From Raillietiella orientalis (lineage: Eukaryota), in assembly GCA_036172245.1 (NCBI GenBank), contig JAYWIR010000060.1:434001-498000 (forward strand): 64,000 nt of DNA, written 5' to 3'. The position numbers and the translations under genes were made by a program. This document shows positions 47,965 to 62,595 of the stretch, piece after piece. Under the pieces are notes generated by a model. That model did not search any database, was not told the DNA's origin, and was given only the letters and a program-made list of their open reading frames with translations. Each line of letters opens with the position of its first letter. The stretch's first letter is position 1.

Positions 47965-50900
47965 TTTCTTAACATGAAATACGAAGCTGACAAAAATGAG
48001 TTGCCATTCATTTAAAAGGGTTGAAAAAAAAAAGAAAAAAAAAAAAGGAGCAGCGGTAACTATTGAGGATAAACAAGAAATAGAAATCAATAATTTTAAA
48101 CACCGTGTAGTCTAGTGAGACGCAAAACTCGGTCCATATCTTGTCCGAGACCGCACTTGCGCGAATGGTCTCTTCGAAGCTCGCTGTTACTGAGGTGAGG
48201 TCTGCATGGGAACGTCCACACCGCTCTGGTCAGTGGGTCTGCTCTGACACGAAGTGCTCGGATACGCCCTACGCCAAATTCGGTTCCTGCGCGCCGCCAG
48301 CGGGCTGCAACGCTTTCCAGCATCTGGAAGAATGCGTGTGGCAAGCCTGCTGCTTCATTCCATGTCGTCCTCTTTGACGGAAGCGTTTCTGCCCGAGTGA
48401 TCGGAAACCGAGAGACGAAAGGAAGGGTCGACTTCCTGCTTACTTGCTGGGCCCGCAGGGACGAAAGCACGAAGTTCAAAGGGCATGGCGATGCTGCATA
48501 AATTCCGTTTGCTTTTCCGTAGCCTGCAGTTCCGTACACTAAACACTTCCAATATCTGGTGGGTAGAAGTGCTGTCGAAAGATCCTTTGAAAGATATGCC
48601 ACCAGCAGATACTCCAGTTCAGTGACTTTGAAGATGCCACACCCACGAATCGGATCCAAAGGAACTCGAGTTACCCAAACCCCTTGTCTGGGGATTCATC
48701 AGAACGAAAGCAGGATGCTCGCTAAAGGGCAGGTTTGTTTACGTGTTTGCAGTCGCAAGGCATCCTCGATCTGCTGGGCTTTTTCACATCCGCTGTTGCT
48801 TTTCCTGTCGATTTCCAACTTTGGCCCGTCTGCCCCTTGGTTCAATTGCATGTGGTCGTATGGGAACGTTCTAAGGGGACAGTTGATATGGACTCTTTTG
48901 ACTGGTTTGAAACGCGCTTCACCATGAGCGGACTCGAAATTTTTTCAACCTTGAATAGAAGAAACTGTTGTTACGCCTCGGAACAACCAGAATCAGGGTG
49001 GCAGAAAATTACCGTGGCAGCGTTTTAAACTCCCGCGATTGCGAGCGTTCGTGTTTCTGCCAAGGTTTGTCAGTTCTTTGAGCACAGAGGTGCCAGCTTT
49101 TGTCTCGAGCTATCCGTGAGTACACTTTGTGCACCTTGCTGTAGTTGACCATAGTATGCCACTTTGTTTGGAACCTCCCTCGAAGAAGTATAAAGGGAAC
49201 TCGAATTTGCCTTTACCAGCCGCTTGTAGGGAAATCGGTGCTTCTTCGTGAAAGCTGCAGTTTACGCGCACCTGAAAATATGGATTCTTCCGGTTGCATG
49301 GTTTCCGCCCGAAAGTCCCCGAGGTGGTGGTACACCTAGAATGATACTTCTGACAGGAGTGTAGGGGGGGTAAATAATAAGCCAAGTAAGAATGAGGTTT
49401 CTCAGCCCTGCGGTTGCAGACCACGGGTTCCCACTTTGCCTTCTCGATAGGCGTGGAAGCAGGTCGGGTCGCGTGACACCAGACGGCAGCTCCGAACAAA
49501 AGTGATAAGAGGTGGCTCGCGTCGTCACCACAGGTGTGTGCTATTTCATACCACCTACTTGGACCATGCAGTTCGTCCGGAGTGGTTCGGAGTAGTTCCT
49601 ATGAACGCGGGTGCATCTCCAGATGGTATTGGCCAAAGGCGAACCGATGTATGTGAAGAGAAACGTTTCCCCATCTTTCGAGCACTCGGAAAGTGTGCTA
49701 ATCGGATGTTGATTGATTTTTTTTTTCCATCGGCAATAACTCGATATTGCCAGACAGTGAGCTCTGAAAGGCCTTCTCGTATACTTGGAGCATTTTTGTC
49801 TCAAAAATGAGGAACGTGCTGACTCACGTGTCGAAGAGGGAAAATGGTCGGCGAAAGCGCGCAGATTCTTTCAGCGCAGGAGAGCTCGGTTTCCCAACAG
49901 CGCACCCAAGGTGGCTGTTGTTCTGCCCTCTACCAAATCGTGGAAGCAAGTGCCGGCCCGGGGGGTCCTTCACAACTTGGAAAGTGTACGTTCATGCAAG
50001 CCCATCCCTGTCCAGCGAAGCGACAGTACTTTCGATGCCTCGGGCTGTTCCATCTTCCGCCTGCACGCTTCCTCCTCCTCTTCCTCCTTCGTTCGTGTTG
50101 TGCTGTGTTGCGCATCTTTTCAGTCGCAACACGAGCAAAAAAAGACTTGGTGGGAAGAGTTGCATGGGGGGGGGAGGGTTAGCGTTGTGCCCGGGTTTTT
50201 CCATGCGGAATGGCACCTCGATGAGGGAACGCGTGTGTGGTGGTGGTGGTGAATCGAGGCTCAGAACTCAGTGGTGCTGGCCAAAAAGAAAGAAAGAGAG
50301 AAAAAAGAAAATTCATAAGAAAGTTTCCCTTTTTCTTCTTTCCTTTTTTCTTTTTTTTCCTGTGAGCGGATATGAATTCCCGCTGCTTGCAAAGTGACGG
50401 CAGGTTCGCGTTCAGTTGCTGGAGTGAAGCTGCACGACCGAGAATGGGAACCAAAAGTAGTAGTTACCCATTATGTAAGACTGAATTTCACATCAGTAAA
50501 TTTTGTAATTTGCTCGCCCGCTCAGCATCTGTGCCGCCGCACACCGCTTGCTCCACTGTGGAAAGTGACTACCGAGGAAAGATAACACGTTGCTAAGCAG
50601 TGGAGGATGGCATTGCCGACGATCCTGAGCTCGAATCCATGTCGTACGCGTAATTCATTTTGGAGTTGGCGTGGCAGCAGCTTTCCTCCGCCCTAAGAGT
50701 GCAGTCCCCACTTGGTCGTATGGTGCTCTTCTTGGTCTTCGTTGTGCCTTTTCCTGAAGTATCGCGTAGTGGACCTCCAGTCCGCGGTGGCCGAGCATGG
50801 TTTTGACCCATTTCGTCACCTGTCGAAGAACCACTCGACATGCCGTGGTCCGAAATGGCTGTGAATTTTGTCGGCCCGACAAGCGCGTTCTCGAGGGGAG

Positions 50901-53900
50901 GGCGCAGCTGGTTACTTGGTGTGGACACTGTGTGCAAGTAGGGCTCCGGAGAGGAGCTCCCGTTTCGATGCAGAAGATGCGGTAGCCAGGATTGATTCAG
51001 CCATCTTCTTCCTCTTCTTTTTCTTCTTACGAATCGGAACTTTCTCTTGATTCAATGAACTGCTGCTACCTACTTAACTTTCTCTTTTCTGCTGGATCGG
51101 AATTCTCCCAGTGATATACATATTCCGTTGGATATGTAGAACAAAAATGTACCTATGCCAGTACGTAGTGTGTAATTTGGGGGCTCCAAGTTTCCTACAA
51201 ACGGTCGCTTTCCACTTTTCTGTGTCTTCATCTTTCGCCTAATAGTGAGTAAGACGAAGCGTCTGCTGTCGGTTTTTACTTTCACCACGCGGAGTGAAAG
51301 TTTTTAGCACACTTTAAGTTTTATCTTCAGCTCCAGTAATTGCTTGTTTTAGCTGCTTGTGTCTCCGTACTCGGTCCTGCCGTTCTTCCGGTGGAGCCTT
51401 CTCATTCGTGTGGCTTCCATTCTTTCCGTCCGGTTACCGACCTACGTAGCTCGTCCAGGGGCCGCCTTAATACGATACGTGTATATGTATGTAATAAACA
51501 TTTGTACTTATGTTTAAGATCGTTCAGGATCATTCGTATAAGCAAAGGAGGAAGCAAATGAAGATTGCACGAAGTGTAGGCAGCGGAGCGTAAAAAAGTG
51601 GATCAGTGGATGGTCCGAGGAAGAATTCCGCGAGGACGCGTTTGAATTCGAGCGAAGAGCAAACTGTTGAAGAGTTTCTGCTGCCGCATGCGCGGCGGCA
51701 GCACCAGGATCCGCGGAGGAGCAGATCTTCGCCAGAGGCGTGCTCGCGCAGAGATGCACGGATCCGACATTTGCATCCGGAGGTCGGACTTGACTCCCGG
51801 CTTTGGAACCTCCTCGGCGTCCCGAGAGGTCGTCCGAGACGTGCTGCGTCCTGGACGACCTCTCGGGCTGCCAAAGCCAAACGAATGGGCTCCTCGAGCT
51901 GATGGTATTCGGTCGGAGGAGAATCGGACTTTCAGTGTGCCTCTTGGTTTGCTCACGCGGTTTCTGTGGGGAGGGCGTTTTGTGCGAAGACGTGTTTATG
52001 TTGACATCCATTGTCTTGATCTGTGGAGAATACACTTCATCAAGTTTTTCATCTCACTAAAGATGTTACTCGAAGATGCTTCTTGATAATGCTGTGTACA
52101 GAAATCACGAACACCTTAAAACGAACATAAGCGGTTTTATTTCGAGGCCCGGGTGGGGGGGCATACTGAACTCGGTTATGGCTAACTCTCATAGGATGCT
52201 ACTTGTTGCTTTGGTTACTGCCGCTGTTTATCTGAAAGTGCACAGGGCGTTACTTGAGGCGAATGAAACGGGCATCTGATGTTTTCATCACGAAGAAGCT
52301 CATTCGCCATCTGCGTTCGCCACCATGTGCGAGTTCTCCCTGTATTGCCTTCGAGTGCTTACATCGGTAGATTCGAAGATATCCCATGTGGTTTCTATTC
52401 AGGAGGTTAGGGGAACACAGATCGATGCATCGGTTGTCCATATAGGAATTTATTTATTTATTTATTTGTCCCTACCTCCCCCCCCCCCTCGTGTTTGTCG
52501 CACGGTCGCAGTCCATGGAAGTTGCTTTGATCTCTGTGCCCGTGATTCTGCAGTCGATCGAGGAGAGTTCATTTGAGTTTGTTTTCATTTTGATGACGTT
52601 TCATTTTCAAATTCAGGTGGTTGCCATTACGAAATAGCGAGGTGTGTACCTTCGCGATTGCAAGGTTTTTCAGGGATTTAGAGTGGAATGCCGTAGCCTT
52701 TTCTTCCACAGTTTTCGAGGTCTGTCTCCACGGACTGCATGTCTTCCGACCTATACATCCGTATGCCAAGTTGTAATAGATGACAGACAAGGGATCCTTT
52801 CACCGATTACCGATGCCGTCATGCAGATAATATGTTGCCATTACCCCGTGCATCCGAAGGGAAGATTTCCGAAGTCAGGCAGTGTTTGCCTGTGCACAGA
52901 TGGTTGCTTTCGTTGCAGAGATGTACGAATGGCAAAGTCGTATAGCTGTCGATGCTTTTCGTGTCTCCGACTTCTAAACAGTTGGAATGGGGTCTGATCC
53001 CAGAAAAAGAGCTCGAGTGGTGAGGATAAAAAGCGGTGGCTGAAATAATTAAAACCTTTTGAGGTTACGAAATTTGACGGTGGCAAATGGCAGTTCGGGA
53101 GGCAGCAGAAGGATAATCAGAGAGAAAAGAATTTGAAGTAAAGGTTAGCAGCATTCAGCATACATAGGAAGCTTCGTGTTTTGAGTAATAGTTTTTTCTT
53201 TTTCGATTGCACGAAGGGGACTGAGTCTCCATTGCCATGGATTCACCACGGTATTATCTCAAATTAAAATACGATGCACTGACGTGATGGGTACTCTGTC
53301 AAATGTACAAAGCGGTATCGGAGATCTTACACGTGATTCATCCCGGTGTAATGGCTATTATTTACTGTACAAGGCCGTGTGCTTGCCTGCCGAGCATCCG
53401 GTTGCTTTCCACTCACTGCCGATGCTTCGAGATTCGCGTTTTCATTCTCAGTAGTTAGGCATCGGCGGAGGTTCACTTCGAAGTGCTGTTTCTGAGCCGA
53501 GAGCTGAATTTGCGGTCGATAATTGATCATTGATTCATGAGAATTGCGTTTCAGACAGACCATTTGCGGAGCCGATAGGGAACAGGTTTCTCTCATCGAA
53601 CTTCCAGGCGGCAACTTCGCCGATGACACGCCTTCGATTTTAGATGTAAACGTCTCCGGATCCCTCACGTTTGCTCTTGCAGGCTCCGGGCAGTTTGTGA
53701 TCTTGCCTGCGTTGAGATGCTCCCGGAAGCAGGATGATGCTTTACCTTATAGGTTGCGAACGAGCAACCTTTTTTCCCACGACGATCCCGCACATCCCAG
53801 CATCGGGGGAGATGGACGGAGGGGTTTCCGATGTTTTGCTTGCTCTGATGGTCCATCCCGAGATCCCTTCCCGCGCCGCAGCAGCTCGGACGGGTCGGTT

Positions 53901-54210
53901 TCTGGATCGGTTCGAGACGATTCGCTTTCCTTTGTTCGAAGGTTCCGATTTGCGATTTGTTTTGACAGACGCGCGGTGCGCAGGCACGCAGCGTGGACGC
54001 TGCCACTGTGGTAGAGAGGTATGCCACGCCAGACGTGCGCAACCATCCGCCGAATTTCAGGTCCGAAACTTTTTAAAACTTGCTGCTGTCGGTTATTTAA
54101 GAGGAATTTGACAAATTACTCCTTGGTTTGAGTAGCTTCCCTGTTTTTCTGGGATTTGCCAAGATTTCCTTATGGGGCTAGCTTAAGATTTTCTGAAAAT
54201 AAAACACTTT

Positions 54211-54229
54211 TGTGTGTGTGTGTGTGTGT
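54211..54229. repeat. (TG)n microsatellite
   Basis: (tg)9. Confidence 0.9.
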
Positions 54230-57200
54230 TCGAAGGAGGGAGAAATTGAGCGCATTTCACAGTCGGCTGCCTTCAGCGCTGACTTCGCTGGTTAGCATTT
54301 AGTGTACCTCGACACCGGGGTGTTATTTAATTGTCGTACAATCCAGAAAACGCGGAGGGTTTCGAAGGTGATCGCATCCCAAATTTGGGTGCTTTTCAGC
54401 CGAGTTTCCGAATCCCGTGAGTCCCTTGCTGCTTTTCCCGCGCGGGAACAGCGAGGTGGACTCGGTCATCAGATTGAGCCACATCATCTCTACCACGCAT
54501 ACGTGCAGGAAAAAGCACTGAAGAAGTGCAAGAACGGAAGCCTGCGTCCGTGTGCTTTCTTCATCCGTTCGGATCGTTGTGATGTAAGAGAACGCCGCCG
54601 GCGCTTCAGATGCTCTGTCTCTTCCGCATCTCCGTTTCTGCATTCCGTTCGTAGTTTCCCTGAGCGCGTGCCTTGGAAACTCTGTGCTCAAACAGGTTCG
54701 CTTTCCGCTTCTTCTTGTGCTGCACTTTCCTCGTCATCAGCAGCGCTTTTCTGCGGATGGTTCCTGCAGGTTCGGTCTGGGATTGCGGATTTTCTGTTCC
54801 GTTCCCGCGTGTGTGCGTTTCGTGGCTCCGGGAGTCCTTTCGGAGATTCCGGATGCGGTTGCTGAGAATCGCCGTCGCTGTGCAGCAAATCCAAAAGCTA
54901 TGGGCTGGTCCAAGAGGTGTGAGCCCTCAGTCGATACTTGAGGTCGCTGCAATCGGACCCTTGCTTTCGGAGGAGGGAGCACGTCCTCAGCGTACAGCAA
55001 GGCGGACTTTGGGCACTCCTTGCAAAAAGAGCCGTCTGTTCCGCCTATCGCGAAAAAGATGGAAGATGTAGAAAGTAGAGTGGTTCCTGCCTCTCTGGTG
55101 AACGATCTCTTTCGCGAACTGCTATTTTTCCGAAACCCAGTCTGCGAGCGAAGAATGCCGGGAAGGTTTGGGAGTGAGCTCTTATGTTGCTGCTGTCGTT
55201 TGGAGGATGGGTGCCGCAAAAGGTGAACGACAGGCATGTGGAAAAAGTTGAAAAGCAAAACACAGCGACGACACCAAGAACAACAACCGTACTTCCAGTA
55301 GTAAATAAGGCATTTGATGCTCATCAGCAATTTTTTCCGATTTGAACAGGGTGACAATTTTATCAAAATAATGATCATGACCATCCACGATTCCCGTTCG
55401 TGATTACTCATGGTGTTGGATCGTTCCGCAGCGGCATCCGAAGCGGCACAAATGCGCGGGAGAAAAAATAAGGTCCATTTGGGGGGAGCTTTCCGTTGCT
55501 GGCCATCTCGAAGCGGCGGATCCGTGTGCGTTTCGGATTCGAAACGTCGGAAACTGAGGCTGCCATGCCTCTCAACCGGTCGTGATCGGGCGCAGCATCT
55601 TCAGCACACGCTGTCTCCGTCTTTCCCCCTTGCGGCGTGCGCTCGCTGCACCGCGCATCTTCGCAGCGGTTCCTACGTATCTCGATTTTCCCGCGTCGCA
55701 GGTTCGTTTTGGTCCATCAACTTCAGGGAAAGAATTTCGGTTTCTGCCAGCCGAACCCGCGGTTCGGGGAATCCTTTCCGAGTGTCATTTCTGGCGATGT
55801 TTCGTTGCCGCTTTTTCCTGCTGAAGGCTCATGCGAATTGCGTTTGTCAGGTCACCGTCCGAGTAAGGCAAGCGGCGTTTGCTGGTGCTTTTCTCTTCCC
55901 TGTTTGGATTTCTTTCTGGGACTGTTGGAAATGTTTTTCCGTGAAGCTTGGAGGAGTCACTTCCCAACCTTCTGCCAAGAAACGAAGAGAAGGTTTTTTT
56001 TTTTCTTTTCTTTTTCGACGGAAAGCGGAAGTGGCTGGAAGCGGTTTCAGGCGTCCAGCCGCTGTTTGCCTGCCGTCGTTACCGTGGCAGCGTTTTCGTT
56101 CCGAGTAGTCTCCTGCCACGAGTCTCAGATCTTCCAAAAGGCGGTTCCCAACGGATGATCAGCCACTGGATTTTTTCCTGACCCTGGCTATTTGTTTGGA
56201 TATCGCTGTTCGGTAGACAAGCTCGCACTCCTTCTTGGTTCGCCTCTCTGCTATCTTGCAGGTGGACAGCGGCAGCTCAGGCAAGGGTAAACCATGTTTT
56301 TTTTTTTTTTTTTTTTACAAAGTCTGTCTGGCAATCCGTGTCCTTGTATCCATCCCTACGACCCTTCTCTTCCAACTGAATGATCTTTTCCTTTTTTTGT
56401 ACGTGTTGTGCGTGTGTGTGGGGAGGATTGGCCAGCTGACCTCAGATTTCATGTGGCTTTTGATTCCAGCGTGATTTCATTGCGCTTCTAGTGGTAGGAA
56501 GGGGTTCGTCTCAAATGCATTCTTCATCTGGACTACTTCCTGTTTCCGTACGCTCGTACGTGGTGTTTTACAAAGTTGTGATGTGCGTGCTTCTGGTCGT
56601 GTTCGGATGTGCTTGCGTGTACAGAGTCCCTGTACGTAGTCATGAACCTGTTCGCGCTTACATGCCACTGAATCTCTTCGCGTCTCCCCGATGAAATGCT
56701 GAACTCGTAAGCCAACCTGCATTTCCTTTTCGCCCAGGCCCCCTTTTCAGTCACACTGCAAACAATTTCGAGATCTTTTTGCTTCTTTCCTTCTCAGCTC
56801 TTAAGCCTTTTTCCCCCCTCTTTTCCTTCCTGCCCTACGATTACACCTGCATGCTGGACGTGCTCTTCTCCGATGTAGGTTTGCATAATCAGCTCTCATT
56901 GAAAATGTAATCCTTTGCTTACACACGCGTTACTGCAATCCCGTGTTTCGTCCAACAGAAAAAGAAGAAAAAAAAAAAAAGGCCCCATCTCTGTCTCCAG
57001 GAAGCCTCGTGTATCCATTGATTTGCAGGAATGCTTTCGGTTTGCTCATTTGCAAGCAGGAGTGCTGCTGTGGACATTTTGTTGTTTGTGGAAAAGAACT
57101 TTTCCCAAGCTGGGAGTGATTCCTCTGCTCGAGGGAGATCCAAAGAACCAACCGTTGGATTGCGCAAGTCCCTTGCAGCTCTCACAAAACTGCAGACTGC

Positions 57201-60200
57201 AGCGCCTTTGCCCGTCGTGCCCTCCGATGAAGGCCCAGGCTCTTCTGGAGCTCTCTGAGGCAACCGTCGCGAAACAGTAAACGTCCGTTATATCCACTGC
57301 CGGCTAGCAGAGATTTCGTTTCCGACTTTCCGAGCTTCCCACTCTCCAAAGTTTATAGCAAGCGGCAATTGAAATTCTTTTGCGTCAGCTGTTTGCAGGT
57401 CTACGCCCGTGCAAATGCCACACGGCAGTGCTCCTCGCGTCGGGAGGGGTCGAGACGTCATCGATCCCGATGGGAATTTCGACCCCCGTCCACGAAACCG
57501 ATTCGAAATTACGGAAATCGAATGGAACTCGTGCCCTTGACGCGAAAGAGTGATTCTAGGTGGTCAGCGTCGTTCGTGACGTTTCGTGGGTCCAGATCGA
57601 GATGGAGCGTTCCGCTGCGAACGCTCATTTTTGCCGTTCGACGGTTTCTTGAACGCTCCGCTGTAATGAGCTGAACGCTTGTCAGGACTGCTCTTCTCGG
57701 AGGAATGAGTCCTCCACTCCTCGTCCTCCAGCGCTTCACATAAATTAATCCGTTGGTTGCGGCTTCGGGAAAACACGGATGTATTTTGGGTTGCAAAGAC
57801 TTGTCTTCGCCCGAGGTTTCGGAGTGCCTACCCCCTTTTTGCTTCCCTTTGTCTCCGCGTATCGACGTGGGATGGAGACGTAAATCCTCGTTTCTCTGCG
57901 AGGGCGCTCTTTCCCGCTCATATGGTGAGGCAGGAAGATCCAAGGGACTCTTTCAGGTTCCGATGAGAAACCGTGTTTTGGCAAATTGACAATCACCCGT
58001 TTCGTCCCAAGTTGAGATTTCGGAGGAGGATTTTCGACGCCCTCCTCACAATTTCGCACTTTTTATTTTTGTGAATTTCGCAGTCCTTTTCCGTTTCGCT
58101 TGCCAGTCACGTGGATGGTTCCCGGCTATAAGTTCATAGACGTCACTTAGGCAACGCCTCGTTATCTTCACGTGGGAAAATATGTGGCTCCCTTTTCCTC
58201 GAGGTTTATCCTCGGGATTCGCTACAATAGTTCCGTGTCAGAGCAATGCCCTTCTCTATGCAAAGTGCTTTCGCTCTCGCGAAACGACGAACAGCGGACA
58301 AACAAGTTCGATTGCCTCTTCCTGTTGAGCTGCCTCGGTGCCCGCTTGCGGCAACCGTCCCTCGAGGAAAGTCCCTTCGGTTTCCCTGAAATTCTGCCGA
58401 GCGGGTTCGGCTGCGGAACGGTCCCTTCTGGACCACGTCTGGAATTGTTTGTTTGGAAGCAGCGGAATCTGGATCGCTTGGCTAGATAGAGATGATGCCC
58501 GTTTTTCCTTCCTCGTCGCTCGTTTTGGGTGCGCACAGTGGCTGCGTGCGCGTCTCTCCTCGGCTTCCCTCTGGCCATCCGTTCGTCTTCGGATGGAGTT
58601 GCAGCTTCAACGCCTCGTTACGAGGAACGATGGATGCGGAAGCACTCGCGTGCCAAATGCCGCCAAGGCACGTGTAGAGCAAGTGTGCCGGTTCGCTCGC
58701 AAACAAATGGGACGACGTGATTCCAGATTCACACCGTCGACTTGTGGACGCTTTTTGCTGTTTCTCGGGGACGCTGCTGTACCGATTCCCGGATGGATTC
58801 GAGAAGCATCAGCTCAAATATGCGAACAGCGACCACAGGCGTGAGCGTATTTCTTCGGCATCGCACCATTCGTCGAAGAGGAGTAACTCGTCGCGCGTCT
58901 TGTGTTTGCTGGGGGGCAGAAGTAACGAAAGTCGAGAACCTTCCTTTGCTTGCTGGATGTGCAAGGCGGAGGACCTGTTGATATCGGATCAGCTCAGACG
59001 CTGCGGACGCTCAGAAAAACAAACGTTTAACGCAAACACCATTTATCCGCTTTGGTCAAACGGTTCCTTTAACGTCTTGCGAAAACAGAAACGACTGAAG
59101 CGTCTTTTTACGGAGACCACAGTACGAGCAGCATAGACTCGAAAACAAAAGCCCGGGTCGTCTTTTCTCACAGATCCACTGCATTTTTTTTTTTAAAAAA
59201 AAAAACAAAACAAAACAAAAAACAAAAATGTTTGCACTTGATAGGCACGTGCAGTGATGCCGTTGTACACGTAACTTCCGAAGTGCAGAAAGTACAATCG
59301 TGAGGCTGAGCAGCCGCTATCCGATGCAAAGAGCTTTCGATCGTGGCGATGAAACCTCCTCCGAGCCTGGTCACTTTGCTCTGGACCGTTTCTCCGCCAA
59401 GAGGGAACGGGTTCGACACGAGCGGAGGGAAGCACTGCTGCGCCTTGCCTTCGTGTCTGCCTGCGCGGAGGGAACAAAGTGTCCGTGTTCACCGTCCGTG
59501 ATTCCCACCTGCACGCGGCTCTGCCTGTGCAGCGACGGCGGCGCTTGCCGTCGTCTTCGCCGGCTGCGTTTCGGGCACCGTAAGTAGGAGCGGCGTCTTC
59601 CTGCCTCCTCTTCCAGCAGGCTGCTTCTTTTTGTTTACCTTCGCGATGTTTGTGCGCGCGTGCTCCGTGCGGACTGTAACGTTTTTCCGTTTGAGAGGGG
59701 AAAGCGAAGCGGACCGAAGCACCGGAGCCGAACCGGTCAGCAGGAAGGGTCTCTTTTTCTTCCTGTGTCGTTGCCGAAAGTGTCGGAGAGTGGATTCCGC
59801 GGGAGCGCCGTACGCATCCGAGGTGCCAGGTTTTCGCAGGACTCCGGGAAGGAGCCGCCCGTCGTCCGTTCCTGGAATGGTGGCGGCGTGCTTCAAACCA
59901 AAGGACACTCGCACACCCGGAGCGAAATCGATGTATGCCGAGCGCGTGTCCGGCTTCCTCGTCCTCCCACTCGCGGTGTTTTGCGATCGAAAGGGAAGGA
60001 CGCGCTCCACGCGTTCCCGCTCACGTGGCGCTTCCCGCTTGCATTCATTGATGGCGCCGTGCGATGCCATTCGCCGCACCCATTGAGACCTTTCCGGCGT
60101 TCCCTTGGGTGGTGGCGTCCGCATTGTTCCCGTGCGCCGGGGGGGTTTCAAGGCTGAGCGGACGAGCCGCTGGGGTGGATTCGGGGCTTCGGTACTTTCA

Positions 60201-61031
60201 CGCCTTTCCGTTTTTCGTCACTTCGTTTACCGACTCTCTGCCACATTTTCGAGATGACCGCATCTCCGTTCGTATCGTGCGAGCGCCAACGGCTCTTTTT
60301 CCCCTTCCCCCTTCCTTCCTTTCATCGATGCAGTTCCGTGGGTGGATCCGCGCGCTCTGGGGTCAGCCTTGCTGGAATTCCAGCTCGGCCTGATGGGTCT
60401 CCGCGAGTCTTGGACCAGGTTGCAGCAACAGCACGTTTCGCCAGCGCGCACCGCCGCATCACGCGAGAGGCCGATCGGAAGCTGGGATGAAATTCCCGGC
60501 AACCGCTGTACCGCGTTCCGTGTCTTTACGTGTCCGCCCAACTTACTGGGTGTTTTCCTTCTTTGTCAACAACAGATAGGGAAGCACTTTTTGCCGCTTT
60601 CGGAATTCGGGTTGTTCACATTCAAAAAGTGCTCCACGAGTATTTTGTCAGAGCACAGCATCCTTGAGAGAAATTCGCATGGCAGCTCCCCAGGACATCC
60701 TGTAATTTTCTCATTAGGCGCGTGTGCATCTTTCCGCTGTATCCTTCTTTGAGCAGTGCATTTGGAGATGAATACTCATCTTTCCGAGGAACATAGGCGT
60801 GGTGCTTGCCTGATACCGCTCTCCGGCGGATTGTCTGCTGCCGTGGCCGCCTGATCTCCATCGTTTAGAAGTGAGCCACGTTCTCGTACAGACTCAAATA
60901 CACGCAGTAGGTACGCACATTCCCCCACACTGTATTTTCTACATCATTATTTTACACTTCAGACAGTTTCTTTTTCGGAAAGGTGGAAAGTTCTCCACAG
61001 AATTCTCTCGTCACAAAAACAAAAACAAACA

Positions 61032-61033
<2 letters not shown>

Positions 61034-61063
<30 letters not shown>
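61034..61063. repeat. (CA)n microsatellite
   Basis: (ca)15. Confidence 0.9.
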
Positions 61064-61071
<8 letters not shown>

Positions 61072-61503
61072 TCCTTGCAGTGCTTCGTTGTCCAATGTTT
61101 CATCCTCTTGCGTACAGAAAGTGTACAGAGGCGCGTACCGCGCGCGTTTGTCTGTCTGTCTCGCGTGAGGTTTTCCCTCTTTTGAGTCTTTCCTTTCCAA
61201 ACGTCGTGCGGCATTCGTTTGGTTCCGCCCGTGGAAGAACGTGCCGAACCAGCCGCCCGGTTCCTCCAGAACCGGGCCTGGAAAGTTGGTTCCGCGGTTC
61301 CCTACGACGTGCTCGGCAGGGGTCACGCAGGAGTGGGGAGTGGGGGAGGGGGGAAAGGGAGGGAGGGTTTCTGGGACTTCTCTCATGACTAGGGATCGTG
61401 TCGCCGCGTTTTCATCTTCTCTTGCCCGCGGCACACGGATGCACGTTTGCCCGTTCCTTAGACGATGGATGCATTTGGCTCCGAACTAATGACGTTGCGC
61501 CGG

Positions 61504-62595
61504 TCACGAACAGTATCCGCTGTATGTCCTGATCATTTCTTCCGCGTAATGCTTTCCCATTTCTGCAAGCAGGACACCGTCTTCGGCGTGGTGCCTCGGG
61601 CAGTGATTTCCTGGAGCACACTGACAAAGTGAATTCATGTTCACTTCCTCCACCTCGTGGCGTTTCTTGACAGTGAAAAGGCGGCACGGTTGCTTTCGGA
61701 GGCAACGTAATTTCTGCAAAATATGGAATGAATTTCTTTCTTTTTTTTTCTTTTACACGGAATTGCTTTCAAGTGTTGGTTTGGGAGGTCAGCATTCTAA
61801 TGTGAATTTTATTTTGATTATATTATCGTATGCTGAACATCCATGAACCAACCGTTTCGTTCCAAACCCAATCATTTTTCTCTCAAATAGAACGTGTTCG
61901 ATTAAAACGGCAACCCGGCTTCGTAATCAAGGACTTCGTGATTCCAATCGAATTTATTATCATTATCATTATCATTATTATTGTTTTTACAAGTGCTTTT
62001 CGGACTATGGACCGACCGGATGTACCGAGCGATGGCGGAACTTCCTCTCACAAACACATTTTTGCCGTCGTTATATAAATAATGAAAAATTTCGATCTCG
62101 AACTGCTTCAAGAAATGTGCCCATTCCGTGTTCCCACATTTCAATCTCCACTTACGTGTGCAGTTTGAGGCGAGCACGCGAAGGAGAATTCGTTGATGGT
62201 TCCCGCATTCGTGATGATGGCACTTCTTTTCACGATGTAAGCCACGGAGTTCTTCGGACACCGACAGTGCACGGTTTGCTGCGTCGTCGTGTTGTCGGAG
62301 AAAGCGTAGTACGTCCACGTGATGTCGTAGAAATATCTGCATTTGGGCAGGCGATCCACGGGCTCGCAGACCTAAGGAAGAAGCGGTGGTGCCGCCCGTG
62401 CACCAGGATGCCGGGGATCACCTTGTAAATACGTGTTTTGTCAGGGATGCTGTAGCCGTCCTGAACGTCTAAGGACGAAGAACACTTGCGGCTCTCGTCG
62501 CATCTGCATTGCTTCTCGATCCATGGCCTGTCGTAGTTGTCGATCTTGTTGCAGACTTGGCGGGGCATGCAAAGTGGAAGGTCACCTTCCGTTTG
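61504..62595 (-). CDS. aos: Argos / giant-lens (secreted EGF-ligand antagonist), 5'-incomplete; exons 62422-62595, 62156-62371, 61504-61713
   Basis: DLPLCMPRQVCNKIDNYDRPWIEKQCRC...CSSSLDVQDGYSIPDKTRIYK|VCEPVDRLPKCRYFYDITW...VHCRCPKNSVAY...FACSP|KLRCLRKQPCRLFTVKKR...EVNMNSLCQC...CPRHH...IRTYSGYCS*. This matches Drosophila Argos motifs (PWIERQCRC, DKTRHYK, VHCRCPRNS, RKQPCKLFTVRKR, TYSGYC); 16 Cys. The signal-peptide exon was not found in the window. Confidence 0.95.

Noticed and set aside
50593..52035. Minus-strand ORFs of 114-173 aa with Ser-rich, protein-like stretches
   Set aside because: No homology recognised and no coherent exon chain.
56260..59915. Minus-strand CxCP motifs (~56264, ~59903) as further Argos-like paralogues
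   Set aside because: Both are followed by in-frame stops within a few codons and lack the other cysteines.
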